A stretch of 63,729 nt of DNA, filler included, from Octopus bimaculoides (lineage: Eukaryota): NCBI RefSeq assembly GCF_001194135.2. It is 5 parts of 5 records of this genome, joined end to end, with 100 filler letters (N's around TTAATTAATTAA, not from the genome) between each part and the next. Parts side by side here need not be neighbours in the genome. Positions count along the whole stretch, not along the records: positions 11,763 to 43,021 come from NC_068983.1; 4 more parts are not named here. One strand, written 5' to 3'. Within the stretch, counting starts at the first letter, position 1. Every line of letters begins with the position of its first letter. The notes beneath the pieces are model-generated. The model did not search any database. It was not told where the DNA came from and saw only the letters and a program-made list of their open reading frames with translations. This document shows positions 12,841-26,390 of the stretch, piece by piece. The position numbers and the translations under genes are program-made.

Positions 12841-15404
12841 GTCTGTAGATACTGAGAAGCAATTTTTCAACCATTTACCTGCTTTATAACAGACATTTTC
12901 CAATTTAATCGCTCTATTTGGAGGACTTCAAAACAAACTGTCTCAAAATGTGATTCAAAGACAAATCTCCTAACGTTACGTTCTCAGTTATGACTCCTTT
13001 TCAATTTCTTTTTTATATTTGTGTTGGTGTTGTTGCCATTATTATTATTACTACGGTTGTTATTGTTGCTGTTATTTCGTTTGATCATGTTTTTACTTAG
13101 AAACCCATTCCAATATGTATGTAACCATTTAAGTATTAAGCGACCGGCTACTTATTCAGAGTCAATAAATCAAGCAGCTATGTAGTTAATATACATTTAA
13201 CATAGTATAGCATCAAAACGATCATATACCATCTGTCTTCCTCTCTCTATTTCATTCATCGCCATTACCGGGAGTGTTTGTGATCTGCTGGAATTTATAC
13301 CCGATTTTAAGGTGGCTAAATAACTGAAACATTTCTCTACTCTGGATACGGCGCCCGTCTATCGCCTGACATGATTTTAGTGCAGCACTTTCAGCTAAAA
13401 AAATTACTCGAAAATCTACAATGCAGAAAAGTACAATTCATGTTCGTTATTGTCGATGTGTAGCGTCGAAGAGAGGAGGATAAGAATTGTTGAATTTCAG
13501 TTACCAGGATGCAGATTGGATAATTTTCAAGGAATTTAGTTAGGAACGAGGAACGAATTAGTCTTTGGGAACGTGACATGATGCGAACGCTCTCAACTGT
13601 GAGAATGGATTTTACGAGAACGCATGTGTTAATGAAGTAGTTTATAATGTTGTCTCTCGATCTGCTATAAATAGCAGCTAAATCTTCAAATCACATACTA
13701 CTTCCCAAAAGAAAGAAATGTGGGATAATGTAATACTTCATACAAAGAAAAAAAAAAGCAAATATAATGGGATAATTAGGGTTGGAACAGGAGCAGTCCT
13801 AAGTCATGGCACACTGGTCACTTGCCTGTGGGGACCCCATGTGTTTTAGCGACCCAATGCAAACTTATGTATGATATGGTTTTATTTATAATGATCTTAG
13901 GATACTGTTTTGCTCGGAGATTATAGCGTTGTTGAAACGACCGTGGGTGGGATGTCTTTGAGTTAAAGTCCGCTGCTCTGGATGGTTTTAACGCCGTCGA
14001 AATAAAAAAAATTAAGAAAAAGAATAATGTCTAAAAAAGAAACCTGAAATACACGTGAAAACTTGCGACCTTTTTTAATAGTATTACTCTTAATTGTTCC
14101 AGCAAAACCGAAAAACAAAATTTCGCACACGTTTGAGTTATAGTAAATCTTTTCAACACAGAAATGACCTCATCGAAATCGCTTTACTATTGCTCTGAGA
14201 ACCAGTAAATTTATATATAATATTCTATTCTTGTTGGAGTATAATGGTAGAATATTTTAGAGAAAAATGTTGCTCAGAAAATCGTTCACATGAAAACCGT
14301 ATTCTTTATTATGAGTAAATATTACAACTGCTACATATTTCCAACTTGATCTGTAGGTTATGTCTTTCTCGAAAATAGAGGTAAAAATTAATATGGAAAA
14401 TGCTCATTTGGTGAGGCTGTTCAAAAGAGGGCGATAAGATCAGTTCATATTGCAATAGGTAAGTTTCTCTCTAAAATGAGTTAGACGATATATTGAGAGA
14501 ATAATCACACCGTGAAGTTATTCAAAAGAGGCGATAAAATCATTCATATTCCTGGAGAGTTTCGTTTATGGTTCTGAAAAATAATTTGGCAGAGGTCCAG
14601 TTGATCTGATATAAGAAAAATCCAATCCTTTATTACTGCTACGAACAGTGAAAAAGATTTCGCAGCCAGATATTCATCTTTTAGATTTCAATATGTCAAA
14701 TCAGCCAACAGATTTCAATAAGCCGTGTTTCTCTATCTGAGGACAAGAAATAACTGTTAATTTCTTTGAATTTGAAACCCCGATAACTAAAGCTAGCTGC
14801 AAACATTATATAAACATTGAAAAGTAATAACTTACTGGTGTTTCATACCGTAATTTCAAGAAGTAGCATCAAGAATACCATTTTGTTCTCTCTATTACAA
14901 GATATCTAACAAGGTTTCTAAAGATCATGCGATTATGAGTCCATGTCTTTGACCAATAATATTGAACACCAGCTCTGGCAGATTGATCACCAATACAGGA
15001 GTTGCTCGAAATCATTTGACAAAATTAACGAAGGAGAAATGAAAAGTAATATTGAAACGTAATGGAATAGGAAGAAAGATCTTCAAAAATTATTCAAGAT
15101 ATTCTCATCGAAAGCGATTAGGAACTAAATGCTCAGACGATTATATATTATATACTTGCGGCTATTTTTTCTATAATCATATGAAATGTATTTATGCGCA
15201 AAGATGGCACAGAAATTAGTGAAGCGCCCCTATTTTTTATAGGTTCGCTTGACAACCACGTAAGTCCCATTGTGCAGGACCTCTTTTATAGCTCTGCACC
15301 AATCAGGTCATTATTTGTGAATTTGGTAAACGAAAACTGTGTAGCAGCCCGTCGAGTAAGTATACATGCTTATAGATGTATATGAATGTATATGTATTCA
15401 TGTA

Positions 15405-15718
15405 GGTACGTTGCTTGGTGGTTAGGCTATTCAGCTCATGATCGAAATGTCGAGAGTTCGATATCCGGCTGCGAGTTCATTCCTTGAGCAAGACGCTATT
15501 TCACGTTGCTCCAGTTCATTCAGCCTGCAAGAATTAGTTGTACCTGTATTTCAAAGGGGCCAGCTTTGTCTCGCTCTGTAACAGGCTGAATCTCCTGGTG
15601 AATTAAGGGTACGCATGTCTGTGGATTACTCATCCACTTACTAGTTATTTTTGCGAGCAGGCTGTTTCCTTCATCGGATCAACTGGAACCCTCACCATCG
15701 TAACCGACAAAGTGCCAC
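15405..15718 (+). mobile_element. SINE family 3 copy
   Basis: B-box GAGTTCGATATCC at 15454-15466; 3' GGATCAACTGGAACCCTC...GTGCCA shared with the 26391 copy. Confidence 0.75.
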
Positions 15719-16254
15719 AGTACATGTATTCGTGTTTATATCTGTCTTTGAAAACCAGTGCTGGTTTGTTTATATCCCTTTAAGGGATATTACAGTATGA
15801 AACACCAGCGAGTTATTACTCTCCAGTGTTTCAAAAAGATGACCGATAAAATAAGTTCTACATTTCGAACTAAGTACTGGGTGTAGATTTGCATTACTAA
15901 ACACCTAAAAGCCGGGTCCTATAATGGCTGCAGTCCAATGACTAAGACCAGTAAAAGATAAGGATTTTAAGCATTTATTTATGCATAAGTCATGTGCCTA
16001 TGTATTTTTGCATATATTGTACGTTGTGTTTATGTATATATTTCAGGAACTCTGATGATAAGGAAGCGCTTATCGAATTCATAGAAGTATTTCGTGATTT
16101 CTGGATAATCTTATTTTAAATTCTGTCATACACATTTCATGTAAATTTACTCTGAGCGTATTATATTAAGTTTATTGTATTGTTTTGCGATGTTTAGCTT
16201 TCAGTTGCAGACTTGTGGGAATGTTATATACACCTATACCATGTACACTGCATA

Positions 16255-16332
16255 TGATATATGCACATCTATGCAAACATATATGTATGCACATCTATGC
16301 AGACATATATATGTATGCACATCTATGCAAAC

Positions 16333-16367
<35 letters not shown>

Positions 16368-16715
16368 TATATGTATATATGCACATCTATGCGAACATAT
16401 ATGTGTGTTTGTGTGTGAATCTGCGTATGTATGCGTATAGACGTACGTGTGTGTGTGTATATACGTGTTTGTATATATATATATGTGTGTGTATATATAT
16501 GTGTGTGTGTGTATATATGTGTGTGTATATATATATAGGTGTGTGTGTATATGTGTGCGTGTATATGTGTATATATGTGTGTGCGTGTATATATGTGTGT
16601 GTATATGTGTGTGCGCGTGTGTGTATGTATATATATATATGTGTGTGTCTGTATATGTGTGTGTCTGTATATGTTTGTTCGTGTGTGTATATGTATGTAT
16701 GTATGTATGTGTTTA
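16255..16715. repeat. Four copies of a TATGCACATCTATGC(A/G)AAC minisatellite followed by compound (TA)/(TG)
   Basis: Directly visible. Confidence 0.9.
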
Positions 16716-18235
16716 TATTTTACACGCGTGTGTGTCTTCGTGTTTGTTCCCAACCACTGGTTGAAAAGCGGTGTTGGTTTGTTTTAATCCTCGTAACTGA
16801 GCGGTTCGGCATACTCACCACACAGCCACACCTGAAACATATTTGTGTATTTATGTATTGATACGCACATATTTACATATAAATATATATATATGCATTT
16901 ATATCTTTATAGTTCGGGCGCTTACTAGCTTGGAAAGTAACTTTGTCTGAGAACGTATGCAAAACCTAAACCAATTAAATCGTGGAAGGACCGTTTTTGT
17001 CACTTTAATAGAAACACAGAAATTCAGTTTAAGTCATGTTTGTCTATTTATCAGGAGATTACACTATGAAGTGTTACATTTCTCGCACTTCTGCGTGCTG
17101 GTCATTGGCATAGTTTTACACTGGTTCTGTTAAAAGTCAGTTCCTCTGACAATTTTTATTTTTTATTTTTATAAGTCTCCAAAGATTTATCTTGCTTTCT
17201 TTGTATTATTCCAATATCTTAATTACATTTCTTTTTCAAGCATTGAAATCATTAATGCCTGTTACATGTCAGTTTGATAGCTAAATTATTTTATGTTTTA
17301 CGTAGTTGTCTATTTTTATGTGTGAGATTCCTCGTCTCCTCTTTTGACACGAAGCTTTCAGATTCAATACCATTTTTTCTTTCATCTTCTCTACTACCTC
17401 TTTGCAAATTGCTACCATGTTTTATTTTATCCATTTTTTTCATTCTTATTATCAGTTCTGCGTTGTTTTGTTTTTTTTCCTGTTTTCCCTGTTGTTCGGT
17501 AGTGTTTTGAGCAGTTGGAGATTGCCGGTCGTTACGTACTTATAATATGTCTTTTTGTATGTTTTTAATACCTGCCTTTGATATGTCCTATTTTAGATAA
17601 TTACTGCATTAATTTAGGTATCCGCATTCGGCAAAAAAAGAAAAAAAAAATACAACACACACAAATCTCTTTTCCCACCCCTCTCTCTCTATATATATAT
17701 ATATGTATTTATGAATATTATGAAACTGATCTTAAGAGGCATTTATCTGCAGTCCTTAAGTTATTTAACCACAGGTCAAAAAGTTCCATTCTAGTTTAAC
17801 TCTAGTTTAAGACCATAAATACCTCGTCTAGACATATCTTTTCAAATGCATTCCCACTGCTGTACTTACCATCACCCCTTCCTTCCTTATTCATCTATCA
17901 CCCCTTCCTTTCTCATTCATATGTTGTGACGGAGAAATACACAAGAGTATTATTATATTAGATATATTTCTTTAAGTATTTATTTTGGTAACATTGAAAT
18001 GCTATACTATTTTACTTTTTTATTGCCTTCCAACTTCATAGGGTAGAGCTAATTATTTTAAAATACAGAGATGAAAGTTCTAAGCTAGTTCAGTAATCTG
18101 TATTGATATTGCTGTATTTCGAGAAGGTAATTTTATTTATTCTTTTTTTTTTTCCAAGTAAACACACGCACTATATATTTTTTCTTCACTCGTTTATTAC
18201 TGTTATTTTATATTATTATTTTAACGCCTGTCCTT

Positions 18236-18280
18236 TATCCGGAAATCGTTCGTCACACATCTGTGACCTCTTCAGCGACA
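18236..18280 (-). ncRNA. Hammerhead-like motif in left arm of inverted repeat
   Basis: UGUCG-CUGAAGA-G-GUCACA(GAUG)UGUGAC-GAAC-GAUU-UC-CG(G)AUA. Perfect 6-bp stem II, 5-bp bulged stem I, A15.1 changed to C. Confidence 0.5.
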
Positions 18281-18392
18281 CTTTTCGTTTCCGTGTGTGT
18301 TCTTGCTCCACTTACTCCGCGCACATAAGGATACACATCTTAGAAGAACAGAATGGAGTAAGTAGAGCAAGAATACACACGGAAACGAAAAG

Positions 18393-18437
18393 TGATGCTG
18401 AAGAGGTTACGGATGTGTGATGAAAGGTTTCCGGACA
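18393..18437 (+). ncRNA. Hammerhead-like motif in right arm of inverted repeat
   Basis: UG-CUGAAGA-G-GUUACG(GAUG)UGUGAU-GAAA-GGUU-UC-CG. Core intact, stem II 6 bp with three G-U pairs, stem I weak. Confidence 0.45.
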
Positions 18438-18680
18438 ATGGACTGGCGTTAACATTATACAATAAAATAACAGTAATAGATGAGTGAAGAAAAAAATATA
18501 GTGCGTGTGTTTATTTGGCAAAATAAATAAATAAATAAATAAATAAAATGACCATCCCGAAATTCAACAATATCTGTTTCAACACTCGACTTCACATCAG
18601 GAATCTTGCAAAACGAATTGATAAACGTAAATTTGTACTGAATTTATGGAAATTATTTTCCTCCATCTTCTATAAATTTA

Positions 18681-19100
18681 ATCCATCCATCCACTTTTGC
18701 TGCTCACAATTCTTGGGATGAAGTTGGGGTTTAAGACTACAGGCATCGTTCCATAGGAACCTCTCAGAAGCAACCGTTTTTGTACTTTTTGGTTAGTTTC
18801 ATAAGCGTAGCAAACTGAGAATGCAGATATCATCCAACCATCTCGCACTTGGTCTTTCCCTAGGTCTCTTCCCGCTTGGTTCAGCTTGAAGTATCCATCT
18901 TCCGATTCTTTTCCGCGACATCATAATCACCTACCTGTGGTACCGCATCTGTGGCTTCTCGGTGCGGATAAGTCGAAGCTTTACCTGGAGAAACTCTCTG
19001 ATATTCGAGTTACGCGCCTGGCTGTACAACGTGGTTTTAGAGATCCTTCGGACGAAGCCTATTGCGACCGTTTGTGTTCCCAATCGTACTATTTCACATA
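18681..19100 (-). mobile_element. LINE (RTE/L2-like) ORF2 C-terminal remnant with (TGGA)n tail
   Basis: Minus strand encodes IREFLQVKLRLIRTEKPQMRYHR*VIMMSRKRIGRWILQAEPSGKRPRERPSARWLD, matching the xPxGKRPRGRPxxRWxD motif. Tail at 18681-18692. Confidence 0.75.
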
Positions 19101-19521
19101 AGTGAGGTTACGCACAAAAACCAAATTATAGATAGGAAATTTGGCTTGTTAACAAACTCTGCGGATGTCGAAACAGGGGCATTAATATACCAGCACCTGC
19201 AATTCTAACATCTTATTTACCCTCCTGTAGCTTTAAGAAGTGAACACCAATACTTTTGTTCCCCGCAAATAGGTGCGCTTGGTAACAATTTTTTTCATTG
19301 TGAGAGGTTTTCTTGGTAAATTTAAAGACACGCCTTCCCGATATTATATGCATTTTTTTGAAAAACTAAATTTAACTTATATTCTCTAATATAATGCCGA
19401 TGAAACATGCTTCTACAAATAATTGAAAACAATCTTCCTCCAAACAAAAAAAAAAAGAGAAAAACAATGCAGAGCAAAAACATTCAGGCTATTCGGTGCA
19501 TTCAATATTCCACTAGATTAA

Positions 19522-19930
19522 GGCCGTGAACTGGCAGAAACGTTAGCACGCCGGGCGAAATGCTTAGCGGGATTTCGTCTGCCGAGGTCGACTTTGCCTT
19601 TCATCCTTTCGGGGTCGATAAATTAAGTACCAGTTACGCACTGGGGTCGATACAATCGACTTAATCCCCCTTGTCTGTCCTTGTTTGTCCCCTCTATGTT
19701 TAGCCCCTTGTGGGCAATAAAGAAATAAGAAACGTTAGCTCGCCGGGCGAAATGCTTAGCGGTATTTCGTCTGTATTGACATTCTGAGTTTCAATTCCAC
19801 CAAGGTCAACTTTGCCTTTTATCCTTTCGGGGTCGATAAATTAAGTACCAGTTGCGTACTGGTTCGATCTAATCGACTGTCCACCTCCCCAAACATTTCG
19901 GGCCTTGTACCTAGAGTAGAAAAGAATATT
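19522..19930 (+). mobile_element. SINE family 1 (tRNA head plus conserved CCTTTCATCCTTTCGGGGTCGATAAA core), head-to-tail dimer
   Basis: A-box-like CTGGCAGAAACG, B-box GAGTT(T)CAA(A)TTCC, shared core and ACTGG...GTCGAT hairpins. More than 20 copies or fragments in the window. Confidence 0.85.
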
Positions 19931-20671
19931 CTACTAGCTATGTGTGATCTATTTTTTAATAGCTTATTTTTGTTTGATCGATATAAGATTGTGCAAAACT
20001 AAAGCTGAAGTATATACCTCTTTTTTTCTTTAATTAGTTAAGCAATTTTAAATTATCACATGCTCATGTAGTAAATAAAGTTAATTGCTTCAGATGTTTT
20101 GTATGTTTAATACAATCAAGGTCATCGACTAATACTCAATTAACACTGTTGACTTCACTAAATTAATTAGGCTTGGATTCTACTTTGCAAGTCAATTAAA
20201 AAAGATCGGTGTATATTATATTGCATTTTTGACGCCTACAACTGTGGCCTCAATTTCTGTGTGGTACCTGATAGAACTAGATACATTGGAGCATCAATAG
20301 TATGGATCAGTTCAACACCTGTTACAAGATATAAAGTCCAACTTTTTAATCGATAGACAAATTACCCATCACACTTTTATCCCCCTAACATAGTAAATGA
20401 TTCAGTGAGATGTATCTCAAGTTGATTTCAGCAGGATGTGAACTTAATCCGCAAAAGTATGTAACCCGAATCTGCCAGCATGGCTATGTGGTTAGGAAGC
20501 TCGTTTTGCAGCTAAGTAGTTTAGGATTCAATCCCAGTGTGCAGCACCATGTACAAGTGTCTTCAACTACAACCTCCTACTCAGTAAATTTGGCAAGCGG
20601 AAACTACGCAGAAGCATGTTCTATGTATTTGTGTATATATTGTATGCATGTATTTGTGTATGTATGTATGC

Positions 20672-20721
<50 letters not shown>

Positions 20722-21719
20722 GCGTCTGTGTCTATTTTCTGCCCCTATGTCGTCGGCTAGTTCGGCCAGCTGTAACATATTTAAATACCAGCCTATATGT
20801 TGATATAACTTTATATTAAGCTTGTATGTTCAATACCAGGTCGTTATTTCAAACAACAAAATCAACCCTCAGTATCTTAAACTCATAAATACCATCAATG
20901 TCGCGCTTAACCCTGTAAACATCAACAGGAACATTATTATTATAGAGACAACAATGAAATGTGTTAGACATTGCAACCAAATCTCCCTCAAATGACTCCC
21001 AGCTGTTTCAGAAAATTGTACATTGTATATGTTCCTGGGTTTGCTTCACATAAGAGAAAGATGGAATGGTCGTGGCAGGGACGCCATTGATCACAGGCAT
21101 GCTAGTGCATATCGGACGATAGTCTAAACAGCTACAATACTGCTATTACTACCGATAATCCAATTCTGAGGGGAGGGGCCAGTCGATCACATCGACCTCG
21201 GTGCTTAATGCAAAGTAAAGCCGACCTCGGCAAATCGTAAAGCCGGAAGAAATGCCAATAAGTAGTTTGTCCAGCGTACTAACAATTCTGCCAACACGCT
21301 TCCTTGTTATTACTACTAATAATAATAGTAACATCGAATCGACAATAACAACAATATCCACATGGCCATTAGTCTTATTAGACATAAAACTAATCAAGCT
21401 CAAATCCTACTTTGTTGATTAAAAAAAAATGGAACAGTGAATGATGTCAGGGCTCACTGAATGATAAACGACAATCATATTCACAATAATTAACAATATC
21501 TGCGATGATAAAATCATCAATCATTTATATCTACTGCGACGAAAACAGCAACAAAAATAATATATAGCACATCTCCAATACCATGTACAGCATAAACATT
21601 ACCGAAAAGACAATAAATAATAACTGGCAAACAATCACTAGGCGAAACAACAACGGACAACACAACACAGTCAATGAGTGCCAATAAAGGGGAGATAATA
21701 ACAGGAATACCATAAGGGA

Positions 21720-22240
21720 CAGTTAATAACAGACAGACGATAATAGAGAGTCAATAATGGAGAGACAATAATAAGGAGACAATAAGAGGCAGAGAGATAT
21801 TGCTAGAGACATAGAGAGAGAGAGAGAGAGAGAGTTAATAACAGCAAGAGGATAAGAAAGAGTCAGTAACAAAGAAATGCTGAGAGTCGATAGCAAAGAG
21901 TCAATAACAGAGACAATAATAGGATAATGACGGAAAGACAATAACAGAAAGACAACGATTGATAGACAATAACAAACAGAAACAAGAACAGAGAAACAAT
22001 AGTAGATAATAATAACAGAGAAAACTATAAAAGAGAGACGTCATCAAAGAATACAACAGTGAGACAGAAACAGAAAGACAGTAACAGACTGTCAATAACC
22101 GACAGGCAAACATAACCGTGAGACAATAATAGACAATAACAGACAACAACGGCAGACAAAAACAAAAATAGAAATAAACACTTACAGACGGAGAATAACA
22201 GACAGCAATTGTCAAACAATCAATAGCAAGCATACAATAA
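21720..22240. repeat. Degenerate (A/G)GACAATAA(C) low-complexity satellite
   Basis: Recurrent ACAATA/AACAGA motifs; strongly T-poor strand. Confidence 0.8.
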
Positions 22241-24169
22241 CACATACTGAAGATCTGGAGCGTGGAAGGAACCTGAATCTATCGACCCTGGCACTTGACT
22301 GGTAGTTCATTTATCTAATTCGAAAGAGATTGGATTTTGAACTTGGAGCATAAAGCGTCGGAAGAAACGTCGCATTCTCTAATGGTTCTGCCAACCCGCC
22401 GCCGCCTTTTGTCAGCCTCGACGTTTACAATAACAAATAATAATAAATAGACAATTTACAAATAATAACAATACAATATAACAGACGAGACAATATCATG
22501 AAGATAAACAATAAAAGCAACCAAAAACAAACAATAAAAGCAACCAAAAACAAACAATAAGACCAATTACCATACAAGGACTATTGAATACAACAACAAC
22601 AACAGCAGCAATACAATGACTAACAACTGCAGCTCTTATTGAATAACAATAAGAAGTTACCTTCAATAACATATACCACTGAATGCCACGCTAACAGCTT
22701 CATTCTTCCGCCATCTTCACATGCATGCAAACAACATAGAACACCACTTTACATCATATACAACATTCAATAATGGCAACATTCCATTCCATTTATGACT
22801 GTAAACTTTTTAGACACTACATAAAATGCATTAATGTCATTTACACATAACACATGAAATAACCAAAGCATTTAAAATGATGAATGCTCGGTTGAGAAAT
22901 GTTGGCACATTTCTCTGGCAATGTTTTCTTTATATTCTCTCTCTCTCTAAAAAAAAAAAAAGATATTGTTTTCACTCTGTGAAGCTTAACAGTAGTTTAA
23001 CGAAGGCGAGAGACATTTAACATATTTTATGCCGTTGTATATCAACGTAGGTCATCCTTGATCAAGCAGATAAATGGCTAAAACCATTCGAATTGTGACA
23101 GTACTGTCTTATTGTATATCTAGGTCTACGTTATTCAATATGTTTTTACCGTCTTAAGAAAATTTAATGTGATATGAGAAAATTTGGTTGCTATTTATAG
23201 CAAGCCGATTAACTACATAGAATCTTGTACCTTATACCTATTCATTACTGGCAAAAAACGGCGGCTGCCGAACTGGAGGAGTCATTAGTGCGTCGGTCAA
23301 AATGTTTAGCAGTATTCTTTTCGGTTCTTTCAGTTCTTGTGTCAAAATTTGAAACCACTGTTTGCGGGATACGCGCGGGTTCGTTCCAGATCGAACACGT
23401 AATTATCGATTATTGCATTGCAAGATCTATCGCGAGACAATCGACTGCGCAGTAGACTGGTACACTAGTTGTCTTTCTTTTCCCTAACCCCTAATACTAT
23501 ATGGGTGGTTACCCAGTTTCAGTAGCTTATATGTGACTGAGATCGGACCATTTACTCCGAACAGTACGCCGGTCTATTGCCGGGTTTAAAGCCAAAACTT
23601 TTGGCGGGAGGATACACGTCGATTACATGACTAGTACTTTATTTTACCGACCCCAAACAGATGAAAGGCAAAGTTGCTGTCGGCAGGGTTTGAACTTAAG
23701 ACAGAGTGCTAGAAGAAATGCTATAAACATTTTGGACGACGTGCTAACAATTCTAAATCGTCACTATGGTACGTGCACTCGTTAGCCCTCCTGTATTTGT
23801 TCCGGCTCTCTGCGCTCTGAGTTCAAATCCTGGCGATGACTGACTGTGTCCTTCATCCGTTCGGGGTAGAGAATATAAGCTGGTTGGTGGAATTGTTCGA
23901 GCGTGGGAAACAGCACTTGGTGGTATTTGTTCCTGTTATTCACGTTCTTAGTACGTGTTCACTCGTCACCCGGATTAACAACACCACTACCTTTAGCAGA
24001 GTTTATTCTGTTGCAAGCATTTAAGTTAAATGACTGTTTTGAGACAATCTTCCTTTAACCGGTCTGGAGGCTCTGAAAACCGATAGTGGCATGGGCACTG
24101 CCATTCTCTCTCTCATTGGACAGTAAAATAACCGTACTGCTACTGCTACTAATAATAATTTCTGCTATA

Positions 24170-24330
24170 TGCACAAGACACAGTACTCAACTGGCATATA
24201 TTTTATCGACTCCGAAAAGACGAAAAGCAAAGTCGACCTCAGAGCGGAATTTGAACTCAGAACATAAAGATAGATGAAATATCGCTAAGTATTTCGCCCG
24301 GCGTGCTAACGATTCTGCCAACTCGCCCCC
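24170..24330 (-). mobile_element. SINE family 1 copy
   Basis: Reverse complement of the family 1 head and core. Confidence 0.8.
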
Positions 24331-26390
24331 TTACTACTGCTGCTGCTGCTGCTACTACTACCACTACTACTACTTTATACAATTGGCACAATGCCTGAAA
24401 TGTTGAGGGAGTGGATAAGTTGAATGCATCGACCCCAGCTAAGAATTTTGTCCGGTGGGTAACAATTCACTGCAATAACATTATTGTTTATTACATAATA
24501 AATATTATTAAGAAACACACAACAGGAACCTGCCGACAGAATAAATGATTGAACTGATTATGTACAACACAATTAAAATGGTTGTATTATAATAAAAGCA
24601 GCTTTCAGTCTGCTATCTTTGGGCTTTAAATTTGAAAACGAGCGAGTAACTAGCAATGTAACATAATTGAAATACATTATAGGAATAACGCAACGTTACC
24701 GGAATAGCAGGTAGCATGGTCTGCTCAAAATAGCGGGTTATTCTCTCCCAAATCGCACCCTGCCATTTTGAAAAGGGATGGATATATTTTGAATAATCCA
24801 GTTTCAGATACTGTGCTTGTGTAATAGATGGGATGGCCACAGCAGGAATGTTCCCGTTTGAGGTGAACGGGAAATATTACAGAAAAACAAATCACAAAGT
24901 ATAAACTCCACATTTTTATTTTAACTGTCATAAATACTAGTTCAATTGATTAAACAAACTAGATTACTTTATGTCAGTTCCTCTTCTAATACATCACAAA
25001 TACTATAACGATATTATATGTATGCAAGAAATTAGTCATTTTATTTAATAGCTTAAATGAAATAGTCTAAAAGTAAAACATCAAATCAGTCATTGACTAG
25101 AGTTTGTCATGTGACCATTTTTTTTTTATGGCTTTCGTTCTTAGATTCCAACTCGATTAAGACTGGCCTGGAGTTAAACAACAACGAAAACAACCATAAA
25201 ATAACAATCATTTGCTCTCTTCACCACCATAGCCACCAACAAATTTAAGCGCAAGAGCAACACTGCAGTCATTATCAAACTAACCCCGACCAACAATAGC
25301 CATAATTGTATTTGCGTTTATTATTACGTGGTTGTTGACTGTTAATAATATTATTACGAAGAAAAAAAATACAATACTAGATAATTTCTTCCCAGTAAAT
25401 TAAGACACAATGTGAAGATAATGGTTCACTGCTGTAGGCGGGAGGAATTATAGTTCAATTGAAGGTTATTTCGCTGATTTTTGGCCTGAATTCGACTCTT
25501 TCTGTTGCAAAAACCATATAGGTAGAACGAAGGGTAGCAACAGCAATAAAAAACAACCTAACACGGGATAAAATCTATCCCTACAAAACAACATAGGAAC
25601 AAACCCCAACCAAAATCAGCTTTTATAGATAAAATTGTCGTTTTATATACAATCCAACTGTTTTAGATATCTACAGGTAAATAACAATAAATAACAAAAC
25701 AGTATTAAAAAATCTCCAAATAAACAAAAAGAAAAGAGAAGAAAGGGTGAAGGGGAAAAAATCCTGAATAATTAGTTTTATCGGTATCTAAACAAATTAA
25801 AAGTTAAAAATAAAACCAATTTATCGAACCTAATTGGCTTTCTACAAACTGTGACTAATCACAGAGCCTGCACACGCATTAACTTCGCTTTTAATTAGAA
25901 CAATTGTATTATCTCACAGTCTGTGACCTGTGTAATAGAAAAAAGCTTAAGTTCAGTGTTAAATATTATACACCGGTTTACGAATGATTTTACCGGGGAA
26001 ATTTTTTTAAAAAACATAATGCATATAGCCAAGATATTTTGCATTGGAATCCTAACTCTGTCAGCTAAGGATATGTGGATGTAGGCGTTTTGCTCTTTTG
26101 TTCTTGTCGGTACTTTCATTCATTGGAATTAAGAAAATAAGATTATATTTTATAAAGGAGTACTGACTAAGATAAAATTCAGAAATAGTTGCGTGTATTA
26201 GCTGATGTTGCTTCCGTTTCTATATTACGTTTACAATATAATATCAACGCTAAATGTGGCGAGCATGCAAAATCGTCAGCCCGTCGAAGAAAAATTGCTT
26301 CTTCCTGTCTTTGTGTTCTGAGTTCAAATTCCACCCAGTTCAACTTTGCGTTTCACAATTTCGAGGTCGACAGAATTATTGTTGTTTGTT

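Larger units (their letters stand above)
18154..18518. repeat. Long inverted repeat (arms 18154-18318 and 18355-18518, 36-nt spacer); probable Penelope-like terminal foldback or MITE
   Basis: Manual alignment gives 19 mismatches and 1 indel over 165 nt (about 88% identity). Each arm contains a hammerhead-like motif. Confidence 0.9.

Noticed and set aside
14300-15230. Possible decayed DNA transposon with ~33-bp repeat TTCAAAAGAGG(G)CGATAA at 14420 and 14521
   Set aside because: No transposase motif or TIR pair could be read with confidence.
15405-15470. tRNA genes at SINE heads (also 26700-26772, 34640-34705, 36410-36457)
   Set aside because: No complete cloverleaf, and each continues into SINE body sequence.
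16052-16082. CTGATGA with GATAAG/CTTATC hairpin
   Set aside because: Followed by GAAT rather than GAAA, the stem overlaps the core, and there is no stem I or III.
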